In this document: one piece after another, positions 63,651 to 64,000 of the stretch
Layout of the letters: each line of letters opens with the position of its first letter
How positions within the stretch are numbered: the first letter of the stretch is position 1
Assembly (NCBI GenBank): GCA_951406725.2
Contig: OX597820.1
Location: 87,172,001-87,236,000 of the forward strand
DNA from: Octopus vulgaris
Taxonomy: Eukaryota
DNA length: 64,000 nucleotides
Direction: 5' to 3'
Translations under genes and position numbers: made by a program
Notes under the pieces: generated by a model
The model's input: the letters and a program-made list of their open reading frames with translations, nothing else
Told to the model about the DNA's origin: nothing
Database searches by the model: none

Positions 63651-64000
63651 AACCAACTACATTCACGAATAACTATTCGCTCACAAACTCTTTCTACTGC
63701 ATAACATGTTGAATTTATACAGCTAACAGCCTAAACTTTGGACACAATCATGACTGCTAGTTGACGGATCATACATGCAGGTAAGTGTTGAATGATTAGA
63801 AAATTGTCGTTTAATAGCTAAAATTGATACCTGCACACTTAGACACAAACCATAACTATTCAACTACTAGGCCATGTAGAAACAATTCCTGTCCACTCTA
63901 TCACTCGACAGATTGAATTTAGTGAACCTATTTTGGGACCGTCTCGAGACATGTTCATCCAACCGTGTCAGCTTCGATTTTCGGCGCAAAAAATAAAGTC

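Overview
Eukaryotic, AT-rich, repeat-saturated window. The SINE families and microsatellite load suggest an octopus or other coleoid cephalopod genome (inference). I find no intact protein-coding gene, and almost every ORF in the track is a microsatellite translation or a transposon fragment. Contents: dozens of tRNA-headed SINEs (at least four head/core types, with swapped tails); decayed non-LTR retrotransposons (Tx1/L1-like x2, RTE x2, R4/Dong, CR1, CRE); Penelope-like elements (x3 plus short terminal-repeat fragments); Gypsy pol fragments; DNA transposons (mariner DD34D, maT/DD37D-like, Chapaev3-like, Helitron, several MITEs). Two things stand out. (1) A 699-bp element embedded in (TA)n at 42179-42877 has identical 136-bp direct terminal repeats and an intact type I hammerhead ribozyme core on the minus strand, so it looks retrozyme/Penelope-like; several other minimal hammerhead-like motifs occur elsewhere. 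(2) Between the repeats lies an apparent graveyard of decayed lectin genes: three mutually similar C-type-lectin-like pseudogenes and fucolectin(FTP)/EGF-like pseudo-exons. All domain calls come from manual translation and motif recognition, not database searches.
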